Virus record (IMG/VR): IMGVR_UViG_3300028394_003336
From: a virus
Direction: 5' to 3' (one strand)
Length of the DNA: 64,000 nt
The notes under the pieces are model-generated. The model worked only from the letters and a program-made list of their open reading frames with translations, did not search any database and had not been told where the DNA came from. Both the position numbers and the translations under genes were made by a program. The first letter of the stretch is position 1. Each line of letters starts with the position of its first letter. Of the stretch, positions 1 to 8,955 are shown piece by piece.

Positions 1-1055
1 GCCACAACCCAAAAATCATAATCTTTTTCTGGAACACTTGAATAACCAACATCAATACAATGTTTGTATATTGTTGCAAAACTATCTTTCCATTCTTCTT
101 CATTATCAAAAGCATATGGACTTGGTGGATATTGTTTGTCTAAACAATGTTTGTCAATTGCTCTTCTTTCAAATAATAAGCCAGAATATTTTTCATAATC
201 TCTTAAAGTTCTAACAGTGCCAAATCCAAATGGTCCATCATGACCTTCTTGAACTTCACCATCCATACCAAATAATTTTCTATTAGTTAAATGAGAAACT
301 CTATTTTTTTCTCCCCAAGTCTTATCATCATCCCATTGTTTTGTTCTACCCTTACGAGTGTACTCATGGTAAACAACAGGAACATGTGGGTGGAATAAAT
401 CATAACCCCATGTGTATGCTCTTGCCGCAATTGAAATCTCTTCTCCGTGGAAATAGTATTCAGGATTGTGTTGAACCTCTACTGAGAATTCACCTAATGT
501 AAAACAGAAGTGAGCGGAATAGAATCTTGCTGTTACAGGTTTTGTCATTTCTCTCCAACCTGGAATTGTTTCAGGTAAAAAGAATACAGCACCTTCAGGA
601 ATAAATCTATCAAATGCCATTCTCCAAGCATCTTGTGCTCTACCTGCAGGGTCATTCTCGGGGTCAAAAGATGGGACATAACCCGTAAGTAGAGGTTTCT
701 TGTACCCATCCTTTTGTAACCCCTTTATCATTTTGATTAGAACATCATCCCAATCTTTAATAAATCTCATGTGAGAATCAATTTGAAGGGTATATGTTTC
801 ACCATCATAAAGTTGTTGTGTTAGGTTTCTCGCCCAACAAACTCCTTTAGCATCTTGATAAGGAATATCTAAGATTTTAAATCTTTTATCGGTTCTGAAT
901 TCATCTAAGTTATCAAAACCATCTGTTTCGCTAAATTGTCTTGCGATTGCAAAAACCAGATTCTTTGGTTTCTTAGCGTTGGCAATCATATCTTTTAATG
1001 TTGGGATTAACTGTGGGTCCCTGTAGGATGCAATTTGAATAAAAATTTTGCTCAT
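1..1055 (-). CDS. GT60-family (Skp1/polypeptide alpha-GlcNAc transferase-like) glycosyltransferase, 3' end beyond window
   Basis: Absent from the ORF track. Manual translation from ATG 1055 gives MSKIFIQIASYRDPQL...GVCWARN...TLQIDSHMRFIKDWDD...YYFHGEEISIAARAYTWGYDLFHP. IASYRD, WAR, QIDSHMRF-WD and FxGEE are hallmark GT60 (PF11397-type) motifs. Confidence 0.85.
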   Translation of the reverse strand, partial: MSKIFIQIASYRDPQLIPTLKDMIANAKKPKNLVFAIARQFSETDGFDNLDEFRTDKRFKILDIPYQDAKGVCWARNLTQQLYDGETYTLQIDSHMRFIKDWDDVLIKMIKGLQKDGYKKPLLTGYVPSFDPENDPAGRAQDAWRMAFDRFIPEGAVFFLPETIPGWREMTKPVTARFYSAHFCFTLGEFSVEVQHNPEYYFHGEEISIAARAYTWGYDLFHPHVPVVYHEYTRKGRTKQWDDDKTWGEKNRVSHLTNRKLFGMDGEVQEGHDGPFGFGTVRTLRDYEKYSGLLFERRAIDKHCLDKQYPPSPYAFDNEEEWKDSFATIYKHCIDVGYSSVPEKDYDFWVV

Positions 1056-1080
1056 TTATAGTATTTTGTCTTAAAAATAA

Positions 1081-1108
1081 AAAACCCTCCACAAAAGTAG
1101 AGGGTTTT
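1081..1108. terminator. Intrinsic terminator hairpin
   Basis: AAAACCCTC-cacaaaagta-GAGGGTTTT inverted repeat with A/T tails, lying between the 1131 and 1055 genes. Confidence 0.6.
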
Positions 1109-1130
1109 ATTTATATTATTTTTTTTATTT

Positions 1131-2375
1131 TTAAGTATGAGATGGTGTTGGTGATGGTGTATTTGTTGATGTAACTGTTTGTGTTGGTGTAACTGGTGGT
1201 GTTCCTGTTTGAGTTGGTGTTATACTTGGAGTTGGTGTTGGAGTTTGAGTTCGTGTTGGTGTAACGGTTGGAGTTACATTACAGAAAGAACTATATCCAA
1301 GAGTTGAACCTGTAGAACATCCTATACCACAATCATTATTAACAAAATAAACAATATTATCAAGTGCATAGAATCCTGTAGGGTTTCCTGTGTTAACACC
1401 TGTTGCGCCAGACCAAAACAAGGTAGAAGCACTAAACTGAACATTATTTGAATATATTGTTGCCGTACCCACACATCCACAAGCACTATCGGCACTTGAC
1501 AGATTAAAACAAACATTTGATTGAATATATCTAGCTATTGGTGTTGCCGAAGGAGTTACTGACGGTGTTGCCGTAATTGTTGCAGTTACTGATGGTGTTG
1601 GTGTTGAAGTTACTGTACTAGTAACTGTTGGAGTTGGTGTTACCAAGTTCAAACAACCATTATCATCTTTAGCAGATACTTCACCTAATCCACCTGTAAC
1701 TCTATACCAATTTGTACCATCGGAATAGTATCCATCAGGTGCTGGTATTGTAGTTGTAGCGTTTGTATATAATTCATCACCAACTTCAATTGATGGTCCT
1801 TGTGACCTTGTAGTATAAAGAGATGTTGTTGATGCCGCACAAGCTGCGTTTTGTGTATCACCTGAACCTAAAGCAAAACTATAGTTGAATGGTGTTGGTG
1901 TAGGAGTTGGTGTTTTTGTTACCGTTGGTGTTTGAGTTGCAGTCAACGTAGTTGTTGTAGTTGGTGTTGGAGTTGATGTTTCAGTAGGTGTTTGAGTAGC
2001 AGTTAATGTTGTTGTTGGTGTTTGAGTGTTAGTTTGCGTCTGAGTTTGTGTTTGAGTTTGTGTTTGACTTGGAGTGTTAGTCTGAGTCGGTGTTTGAGTA
2101 GTCGTAACCGATGGTGTTGGTGTAACGGTAGGTGTTGTTGTTGGAGTTGGAGTCGGTGTTGCAGTAGCATTTAATGGAGGAAAAGGTCCTTGATTAACAA
2201 GCAAAATTTGACTTGAAAATGCGGTTCCATAAGAACCATTTATTAACCAAATGTTTTTAGTTTCACTTGGGTCCAAAGGAACTTGGTATTCCCACATATT
2301 ATCGTCACATCTTCTATAACTAAAATTTGCTATTGAAGTGCCCGTGTTTGTTAGAGTATATTTGCTACATGCCAT
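1131..2375 (-). CDS. Thr/Pro-rich mucin-like protein with Cys-containing beta modules (putative virion surface/fibre protein)
   Basis: Three TPTPT/TQT tracts separating globular modules; TATTTAT motif upstream (2393-2399). Confidence 0.75.
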   Translation of the reverse strand: MACSKYTLTNTGTSIANFSYRRCDDNMWEYQVPLDPSETKNIWLINGSYGTAFSSQILLVNQGPFPPLNATATPTPTPTTTPTVTPTPSVTTTQTPTQTNTPSQTQTQTQTQTQTNTQTPTTTLTATQTPTETSTPTPTTTTTLTATQTPTVTKTPTPTPTPFNYSFALGSGDTQNAACAASTTSLYTTRSQGPSIEVGDELYTNATTTIPAPDGYYSDGTNWYRVTGGLGEVSAKDDNGCLNLVTPTPTVTSTVTSTPTPSVTATITATPSVTPSATPIARYIQSNVCFNLSSADSACGCVGTATIYSNNVQFSASTLFWSGATGVNTGNPTGFYALDNIVYFVNNDCGIGCSTGSTLGYSSFCNVTPTVTPTRTQTPTPTPSITPTQTGTPPVTPTQTVTSTNTPSPTPSHT

Positions 2376-2442
2376 CGTATTACTATTTTTTAATAAATAC
2401 TACGATTTATACTAATTTATTTCAGAAATTAAAAAAATGTTC

Positions 2443-3588
2443 TTAAGTACAAGAAAAAGGAGACGCAACACGAAGTCCGTTGGAACTCAATTGTAAAACT
2501 GAGTTTTCAAAACTATAAAATCCTGTCATATTAATTGTAACAGGTCCTGTACTATTATTATAAAATTGTGTGTTACTACTAAAACTTGGTGAATCTCCGT
2601 ATATTAAAGTACCATATAATTCAGAACAAGCATCATTAAAATTAGTTCCTGAATATGATGAAAATACATATCTAATATGAGTTGGTGTTGGAGTTACTGT
2701 TTGACTTGCAGTAATACTTGGTGTTGGTGTATTACTAGCAGTTATACTTGGAGTGAGTGTTGGAGTTAAAGTTGGAGTTGATGTTAAAGTTGTTGTAGTA
2801 GTTGGAGTTAAAGTTGGAGTTGGTGTACTTGTAGATGTTTGTGTTACAGTTGGAGTTGGTGTTACCAAATTATCACATCCGTTATTATATTTTGCAACAA
2901 TCTCACCTAATCCTCCTGACACAACATATAATATAGTTCCATCAGAATAATATCCGTTAGGTACTGGTGTAGTTACACTTGCGTTTGTATATAAAATTTC
3001 ACTAACCTCAAGAGTTGGTCCACCTGACCTTGAACCGTAAAATGATGTATCAGTTGAAGAACAAGCATCATTTGGTGTAAATCCGTAACCTAATTCAAAT
3101 TGATAATTAATTGGTGTTGGAGTTTGAGTTAATGTTGGTGTAGGTGTTGGCGTTTCAGAACTTGTTACCGTTGGTGTTGGCGTTTCAGAACTTGTTATAG
3201 ATGGTGTAGGTGTTGATGTTTGAGTTTCAGTAACCGATGGTGTTGGAGTTTGAGAACTTGTTATAGATGGTGTAGGTGTCGGAGTTTCACTACTTGTTGG
3301 TGTTGATGTTGGTAAACCTATTGTCGGACTTGCGGTTATTGTTGGAGTTGGTGTTAATGTAGGTGTCGGAGTTGGAGTAGATGATGGACACGGAACATCA
3401 ACAATATAAGAGTATGCGTATGTTGAGACATAACAATCGTAAGTTCCATACCAATAATCAGTCACATATGTAAACGGAAAAACTTGGTCTCCCAAACTAA
3501 TTGTTCCACCAGTACAAGGAAAAAAGGTAACGTTGGCCGTTTGACCACTTAAGTTATTACTAAAAATTGAAACACCACAATATGACAT
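2443..3588 (-). CDS. Thr/Pro-rich mucin-like protein, paralogue of 1131..2375
   Basis: TPTP/SSETPTP tracts; shares the GYYSDGT...GGLGE..AK..NGC.NLVTPTPT module; TATTTAT upstream (3594-3600). Confidence 0.75.
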   Translation of the reverse strand: MSYCGVSIFSNNLSGQTANVTFFPCTGGTISLGDQVFPFTYVTDYWYGTYDCYVSTYAYSYIVDVPCPSSTPTPTPTLTPTPTITASPTIGLPTSTPTSSETPTPTPSITSSQTPTPSVTETQTSTPTPSITSSETPTPTVTSSETPTPTPTLTQTPTPINYQFELGYGFTPNDACSSTDTSFYGSRSGGPTLEVSEILYTNASVTTPVPNGYYSDGTILYVVSGGLGEIVAKYNNGCDNLVTPTPTVTQTSTSTPTPTLTPTTTTTLTSTPTLTPTLTPSITASNTPTPSITASQTVTPTPTHIRYVFSSYSGTNFNDACSELYGTLIYGDSPSFSSNTQFYNNSTGPVTINMTGFYSFENSVLQLSSNGLRVASPFSCT

Positions 3589-3618
3589 AATATATAAATA
3601 CTTAAAAAAATTGTTTTA

Positions 3619-4176
3619 TTAAAAGCAAATACCAATATCAAGGACTTGTCCATTTGCGATATTAAATTGTACCCATCTTGCTCCGTCAGAAACTATGTTA
3701 CCAACAAAAGTAGGTGGAATTGTGCAAGAAGCGTTTCCATACACATAATCCCCAATTTGTAGAGCTTCAAATGGAGTTGCGCTATAAATTGCAACATTTG
3801 ATGGACCATATCCTGCATCACCACAAGCATCCTCAAAATATCCAGCACCCCACAAATTATATACAGGAATAAATGTTTGGGTAATACTTGGTGTTACAGT
3901 CGGTGTAGGGGTTGGAGTTTGAGTAATATTTGTTGGTGTAGGAGTTGGCGTAAATGATGGTGTTGGAGTTACAGAAGGACATAGTCCCACATAAACAACA
4001 GTTAAAGGAGCTCCGCAATCTTGAGCATATAAATCATAAGCACAAACATAATGAGAATCTAACGGGTCAATTGGTGTAACACTAACAATACCAGTACAAC
4101 CAGTCCAAGCATAGTACCCTTGTTGAACAGCATTATAGTTTGTTATCTTAAAATAGTTACAGTCTGTTGTATACAT
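3619..4176 (-). CDS. Thr/Pro-linker protein with Cys-containing modules
   Basis: Start moved to ATG 4176 (MYTTDC) because the ORF-track extension is only an alternative frame of the upstream gene's TP tail; carries a TPTP linker plus a related module. Confidence 0.7.
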   Translation of the reverse strand: MYTTDCNYFKITNYNAVQQGYYAWTGCTGIVSVTPIDPLDSHYVCAYDLYAQDCGAPLTVVYVGLCPSVTPTPSFTPTPTPTNITQTPTPTPTVTPSITQTFIPVYNLWGAGYFEDACGDAGYGPSNVAIYSATPFEALQIGDYVYGNASCTIPPTFVGNIVSDGARWVQFNIANGQVLDIGICF

Positions 4177-4187
4177 TTGAATTAAGT

Positions 4188-6194
4188 TTAAATTGGAGTT
4201 ACTGTTGGTGTTATTGTTGGAGTTGGTGTTGGGCAATTATACAGTTCATACCCCAAATCATTACAAGGTAGTGATAGGTATATTAAATCATTACAAGGTA
4301 ATGTAACATAGTATAAGTCATTATTAGGTATTACAATTCTACAGTTAGGACAATCAGGGTCTAATAATCCATATCTATTTTTAAGAATTCTGAAGTTATG
4401 TTTAATTTGAGATGCGTTAAGTGGTTCGAGATACATTCTAAAAGCACTAACGTCACCAATTAAACTTCCACCAAAAATTCCTTCAAGTTCTATATTTGTG
4501 GTTAATCCCGAATAAATTGTGTGGTCTAAATCATATGTTGTTAAACATTCTGGGTCTTGTTGATATACAATATCATCAACGGTCTCAGGACATCCTCCTG
4601 AAAAAGTTAAATTGTCATGTAAACCTTGTGTACCACCACCAACCGAAATATTATACCCAACACCAATTTGTCTTTCTTTTGGTGTGTTTAATAGTCTTGG
4701 TATAATCTCCTCAAAATCTTCCGCAACCATGAATAATCTACCGTTAACATAAAACTTCAATGTACCCAATCTATACTTTTCTTCTTCCGTCCACATGTCG
4801 TTAAACTTAACAACTTCTGTTGTTGCTGGGTCGTAAGGTTGTTCGTGTGTTAATGGAGGTTCAATAAGACTCACGCTATTATTTGCAGGTGTTGCTGTGA
4901 AAATTGTATCAACAATTAATCCTAACCCGCCTTTTTCATATAAATCACAAGTATCTAACCATTTGTTTCTTTGGAATACCGCATCAATCTGAACCCAATG
5001 TTCAACATTTGGATATGTTGTTTGAATACAATCGTGGAAAATTCCTCTTGTTGAGCACCACTCACTTATTGTAACGCCTGTTTGATAAGTTAAACCTGTA
5101 AGACAAGTTCCTGAATGTTCACAATGTCCTGTGATTCTATAAGTCTTAACACATAATCTTGGGTTTCCTGTATCACCACTCAATCTTAATGAAAGGGCGT
5201 TTGAAACATCGTCATATAATGGGTCGGTTTCAGGATATTTTACAGTAACAGTACAATTACAAGGACATCCACAATTGCAATTAGTAGATGTTCCACCTGA
5301 TTGTTGGTAAACATGTATACAACTATGTTCAGCTGTCTTACCTGTTTGTTGACACTCACAGGTGTGCATACAAGTTAAACCCGAAGTTACTCTTGTATAT
5401 CCTGTATCTTGTTTTGGACTTCCATCGGGATAATGGTAGAATTTATTCTCAGCTCTGGCCCCCATGTAAAAGAAGGTTCCTTTATTATTTGGGTATCTTT
5501 TATTTAATCCTGTATCAGTATTTCCTGTCCATCTATACTTCAACATGAATTCTGCTGTCCAGCCTAAAGAAACTCTCTGAGGAAAAACTTGATAATCATA
5601 TCCTGGTATTTTATAAAACCCTTGGAAAAATCCTCCGTTAAGTCTTGCAAAATACCCAACAGAATCCCCATTTGTTTGATAATTTAAATTATATGTGTAT
5701 GAGTCATCGTTCCATAATCTATTTGATGATGTTGTAAAACCTGTGATAGGGTGCATTTTCATTCTCCTATCGTATTTGTATCTACTGTAAGTGTCGGCTG
5801 AAGATGTATATAAACCTGTTGTAATTTCAATGGTTTCACCAGACATTTTTTTAGTCAATCCGTTATCAATACCTGTCAAACCAACATCACATAATTCAGT
5901 TACAACAGGACAAAAATTAGGGTCAACATAGTCTGGATTCCAATAATTTTCAGAAACAATAACATCATTATCAAAACTACAAGAATTGGTTTGACAAATT
6001 GTTGTTGCAGAATTATTGAAGTCAAATTTGAATGGCATTCTATTTCCATCATCTTCACCAATTAAAAATGGAGAAAATACAACCTCTTGGTCATAATCTT
6101 TTTCGTCTGATGCAAGGCAAATGTCCGTTATTTCATTAAACGGAATTATTCCCCATCTCCTAAAATTATATTGATTAATGTTTTGGTATGCCAT
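4188..6194 (-). CDS. Cys-rich LamG/concanavalin-like virion protein with C-terminal TP tail
   Basis: HWVQID, LKFYVNG and IGDVSAFRMY..PLN..QI pattern typical of LamG-like folds; Cys cluster; 3x10-aa repeat; TATTTAT upstream (6204-6210). Confidence 0.55.
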   Translation of the reverse strand: MAYQNINQYNFRRWGIIPFNEITDICLASDEKDYDQEVVFSPFLIGEDDGNRMPFKFDFNNSATTICQTNSCSFDNDVIVSENYWNPDYVDPNFCPVVTELCDVGLTGIDNGLTKKMSGETIEITTGLYTSSADTYSRYKYDRRMKMHPITGFTTSSNRLWNDDSYTYNLNYQTNGDSVGYFARLNGGFFQGFYKIPGYDYQVFPQRVSLGWTAEFMLKYRWTGNTDTGLNKRYPNNKGTFFYMGARAENKFYHYPDGSPKQDTGYTRVTSGLTCMHTCECQQTGKTAEHSCIHVYQQSGGTSTNCNCGCPCNCTVTVKYPETDPLYDDVSNALSLRLSGDTGNPRLCVKTYRITGHCEHSGTCLTGLTYQTGVTISEWCSTRGIFHDCIQTTYPNVEHWVQIDAVFQRNKWLDTCDLYEKGGLGLIVDTIFTATPANNSVSLIEPPLTHEQPYDPATTEVVKFNDMWTEEEKYRLGTLKFYVNGRLFMVAEDFEEIIPRLLNTPKERQIGVGYNISVGGGTQGLHDNLTFSGGCPETVDDIVYQQDPECLTTYDLDHTIYSGLTTNIELEGIFGGSLIGDVSAFRMYLEPLNASQIKHNFRILKNRYGLLDPDCPNCRIVIPNNDLYYVTLPCNDLIYLSLPCNDLGYELYNCPTPTPTITPTVTPI

Positions 6195-6203
6195 AAACTA
6201 ATG

Positions 6204-6230
6204 ATAAATACCTTGTATCAGAGTATTTAT
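6204..6230. promoter_or_regulatory. Back-to-back TATTTAT putative late promoters for divergent genes
   Basis: ATAAATA 6204-6210 (serves the minus-strand gene) and TATTTAT 6224-6230 (serves the plus-strand gene); the same motif precedes >20 genes in this window. Confidence 0.65.
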
Positions 6231-6246
6231 AGATTAAAAAGAAGAG

Positions 6247-7071
6247 ATGATTACCACAGATAAAGAATTTTATTCATCACCATATTATTTTTTCCTTAGA
6301 GATAAAGGAAAAGATTATTCTTTATACTTCTCAGTTGAAGAAACTTTAACTGAAGCAAGAAAAAAAGATGAGATGATTAAAGTACCAAAAGAAAAGGTTA
6401 AACATGTTAAAACCTATTTGGAAAAGTTATTGAAGGGAAAGAAGAAAAAATCTACAAAAGATGTTTCGGGTGAGTTAGAAGAACTTGTTAACCTAGATGG
6501 TGCAATATCAAATAGTAAGATTCCAATTCTTGACCCTAAGCTTCACCCAAGAAAAACTATGGACCAAACTGTTGCTGCGGCAAGAATTACAAACGACCCA
6601 ATATCTCGTGGATATAGAACATATTATGGTGAATCAGTTGAAGAGGAAGTTAGTGAAATAGATATGTCAAAAGCATTTGGATATGAGGAAACTGAAGATA
6701 TGGACGGTAAAGAAACTTTTGACTACATGGTTGATGAATTAGAAATGGAACCTGAAGAAGCGATAGACAGAACTGAACAACAAGGTAAAGACCCATCAGG
6801 GAAGAAAGATAAAAAATCAGAATATTACCACGATAAAAATTTTATTACAAGAGCAACATTATCTGAGATTCAAAAACAAAAAGCAATCAAAATGGTTGAG
6901 GATTTGTTAATGAAGAAAAAAAATTCAGATAACTCTGAGGTCGGTAAAAAAGAATCTGATTCTAAAGAAGCGTCAAATATTCTAAAAAAGAATCTTAAGT
7001 CTCTTCTTAAACAGATGGATAAAGAAGGATTATCAAGAAAAGATATTCTTAAACTATTAGACGGTGAATAA
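6247..7071 (+). CDS. Hypothetical charged protein (putative head-associated)
   Basis: 274-aa ORF, TATTTAT upstream, several (L/V)xE sites. Confidence 0.6.
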   Translation: MITTDKEFYSSPYYFFLRDKGKDYSLYFSVEETLTEARKKDEMIKVPKEKVKHVKTYLEKLLKGKKKKSTKDVSGELEELVNLDGAISNSKIPILDPKLHPRKTMDQTVAAARITNDPISRGYRTYYGESVEEEVSEIDMSKAFGYEETEDMDGKETFDYMVDELEMEPEEAIDRTEQQGKDPSGKKDKKSEYYHDKNFITRATLSEIQKQKAIKMVEDLLMKKKNSDNSEVGKKESDSKEASNILKKNLKSLLKQMDKEGLSRKDILKLLDGE

Positions 7072-7540
7072 AGATTTATATAATTCGGCCAAAGGTGAGA
7101 TAGAATTTCCTAAAGACAAACAGGAACATATGAGAATGTGTTTTCATAGAGTGAAAAACGCCAATGAGAATACCGAGGGATTTAATAGAAACAAAGAACT
7201 TCAAGGACAATCGTTTATTGATTATAAACAATTAAAAAGAATTAAAAACTTTTTTGATAATTTCAAAGGAAATGAAAAACATCCGTCATTTATTTTAAAT
7301 GGAGGTGTAGTTATTAAAAACTGGGTTAATAATGAACTCAGAAAAATGAGAGACTACAATAAAATGACAAAAAGAAATAAAATGGATACGGGGATGCAAA
7401 ACCAATTTTTGGACCCTCATCAAAAGAAAGACTTTAATAATGTAAGACCATCTCAAGAACATTCAAAAACTATGGACAAATATAACGCCTCAGTTACTGA
7501 AAGTTTAAAAAGAATAAATGAATTAATATCAAAAATATAA
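7064..7540 (+). CDS. Hypothetical protein
   Basis: 158-aa ORF coupled to the upstream gene; C-terminal VTESLKRINELI. Confidence 0.6.
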   Translation: MNKDLYNSAKGEIEFPKDKQEHMRMCFHRVKNANENTEGFNRNKELQGQSFIDYKQLKRIKNFFDNFKGNEKHPSFILNGGVVIKNWVNNELRKMRDYNKMTKRNKMDTGMQNQFLDPHQKKDFNNVRPSQEHSKTMDKYNASVTESLKRINELISKI

Positions 7541-7544
7541 AAAT

Positions 7545-7838
7545 ATGGCACTAGAAATCGCAGTTGATTTAACACAAAATGAACCAAACGCATTAACAGC
7601 TGTTGCTGACGTTGAAAGGTCTAAACTTATCCCAAGAAACGATTACAACGAAGTGGGTAATCAATATTCCGTAGTAAACCGTGATGCTTTGGCTGACGGA
7701 GATGCTAAAGGAAGAGGTACTGGTATTTTTTTAGACGTTTATAATGCAAATGCTGGAACAATTACTGATGTAGTTGAAAGAAAAAATGAAATTAAAATAA
7801 ACAGTTACAATTCTTCAAAACCGTATCCTAACTTCTAA
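7545..7838 (+). CDS. Hypothetical protein
   Basis: 97-aa ORF in the operon, TAATG coupling to the next gene. Confidence 0.6.
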   Translation: MALEIAVDLTQNEPNALTAVADVERSKLIPRNDYNEVGNQYSVVNRDALADGDAKGRGTGIFLDVYNANAGTITDVVERKNEIKINSYNSSKPYPNF

Positions 7839-8263
7839 TGAAATTACAAGAATCACTTAAAGGATTAATTCTTGAAATTGCATCTCTTGATAGCATTCAA
7901 ATCTCTGTTAATAATAGAAATGTTGTGATTATCAACTACGATGGTGACGAACCAGGTGGTAAAGGCGTACGTGAAGTAGAACCTGTCGCATTAGGTAAAA
8001 GTAAGGCAGGTAATTTAGTTATGAGAGGTTGGGACCGTGAAGGTTCTTCTCACACCGCATATAAAGGTGAACAACCGTTACCAGGATGGAGATTATTTAG
8101 ATTAGATAAAATCTTATCGTTCAAACCAACAGGTGAGATTTACAATGAACCAAAGCCTGGTTATAATTTTAATGGAGATAAAAGTATGGTTAGTGTTATA
8201 ACAATTGCAAAATTTAATAACACACCTACACCTACAACAACTCCAACACAACAAACAGTTTAA
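7838..8263 (+). CDS. Stand-alone WYL-domain protein
   Basis: I.Y...R.VEP..LG...(M)RGWD...WRLFRLDKI matches the WYL signature; no HTH domain; short TP tail. Confidence 0.7.
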   Translation: MKLQESLKGLILEIASLDSIQISVNNRNVVIINYDGDEPGGKGVREVEPVALGKSKAGNLVMRGWDREGSSHTAYKGEQPLPGWRLFRLDKILSFKPTGEIYNEPKPGYNFNGDKSMVSVITIAKFNNTPTPTTTPTQQTV

Positions 8264-8267
8264 GATT

Positions 8268-8900
8268 ATGAACGAAAACGATTTAATGAGTAGATTGGTA
8301 GCATCTAAAGCTATTATGGATAATCCAAAATTTACTAAAAGCAGAAATTCAATGAATGACGGGTTACCTCCAACATCTTTACAAGATTTTGACGTACCTA
8401 ATGCAAAATACAATATTCCTCAGGAATTCTTACAAGAATCTCCATCAATGAGTCAACCTTATTTGTCTGAACTTCCTAAGGTTAATACAAAGCCAGTTGG
8501 TATGCCAAGTGTTGATGCAATTAAAAGTTCTAAATTACCTGATGAAATTAAAAGGTTAATGATTGAACATCCAATAGCACAAGCGCAACAACAAGGAGGA
8601 GGCGCAACATTATCTGATGACTTAATTGAAAGAGCGTCAAGATTAATGAAAAATGAAAATTCAAACAACTATATCCCTGAGTCCGTTAAACCTAAAACAC
8701 AACAACAACCTCAAACACAATCTACATCACAAATTGATTATAAATTGATTAAAAAAATGATTAGAGAAGCTGTTGATGAAGCTTTACAAGAAAATGGATT
8801 AATGGTTGAGAGTAGTGAAAAGGCTAATGAGATGTTAAGTTTTAAAGTTGGAAAACATCTTTTTGAAGGTAAAGTAACAAAAATCAAAAAATTAGTTTAA
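8268..8900 (+). CDS. Hypothetical protein
   Basis: Start at ATG 8268 (MNENDL) avoids overlap with the WYL gene; contains IKKMIREAVDEAL.E. Confidence 0.6.
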   Translation: MNENDLMSRLVASKAIMDNPKFTKSRNSMNDGLPPTSLQDFDVPNAKYNIPQEFLQESPSMSQPYLSELPKVNTKPVGMPSVDAIKSSKLPDEIKRLMIEHPIAQAQQQGGGATLSDDLIERASRLMKNENSNNYIPESVKPKTQQQPQTQSTSQIDYKLIKKMIREAVDEALQENGLMVESSEKANEMLSFKVGKHLFEGKVTKIKKLV

Positions 8901-8955
8901 GGCATTTTCTTATTGGATATAAATTATTATATTTCTTTAAATATATTAATAATTT

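Noticed and set aside
2753-2950. Val/Gly-rich plus-strand ORFs (also 50366..50701)
   Set aside because: Antisense shadows of Thr/Pro codons (ACN/CCN), which give stop-free GGT/GTT frames; no independent signals
1131-3400. CRISPR array or DGR-like repeats in the ggtgtt/ggagtt tracts
   Set aside because: The repeats are in-frame degenerate codons with no fixed repeat-spacer period; no cas or reverse transcriptase gene is present, and the paralogous modules do not show adenine-restricted differences
4177-4236. Possible programmed frameshift fusing 4188..6194 to the downstream TP gene
   Set aside because: The overlap is just the alternative (Asn-rich) frame of the TP tail; a clean ATG at 4176 follows the stop, and no slippery site or pseudoknot is evident
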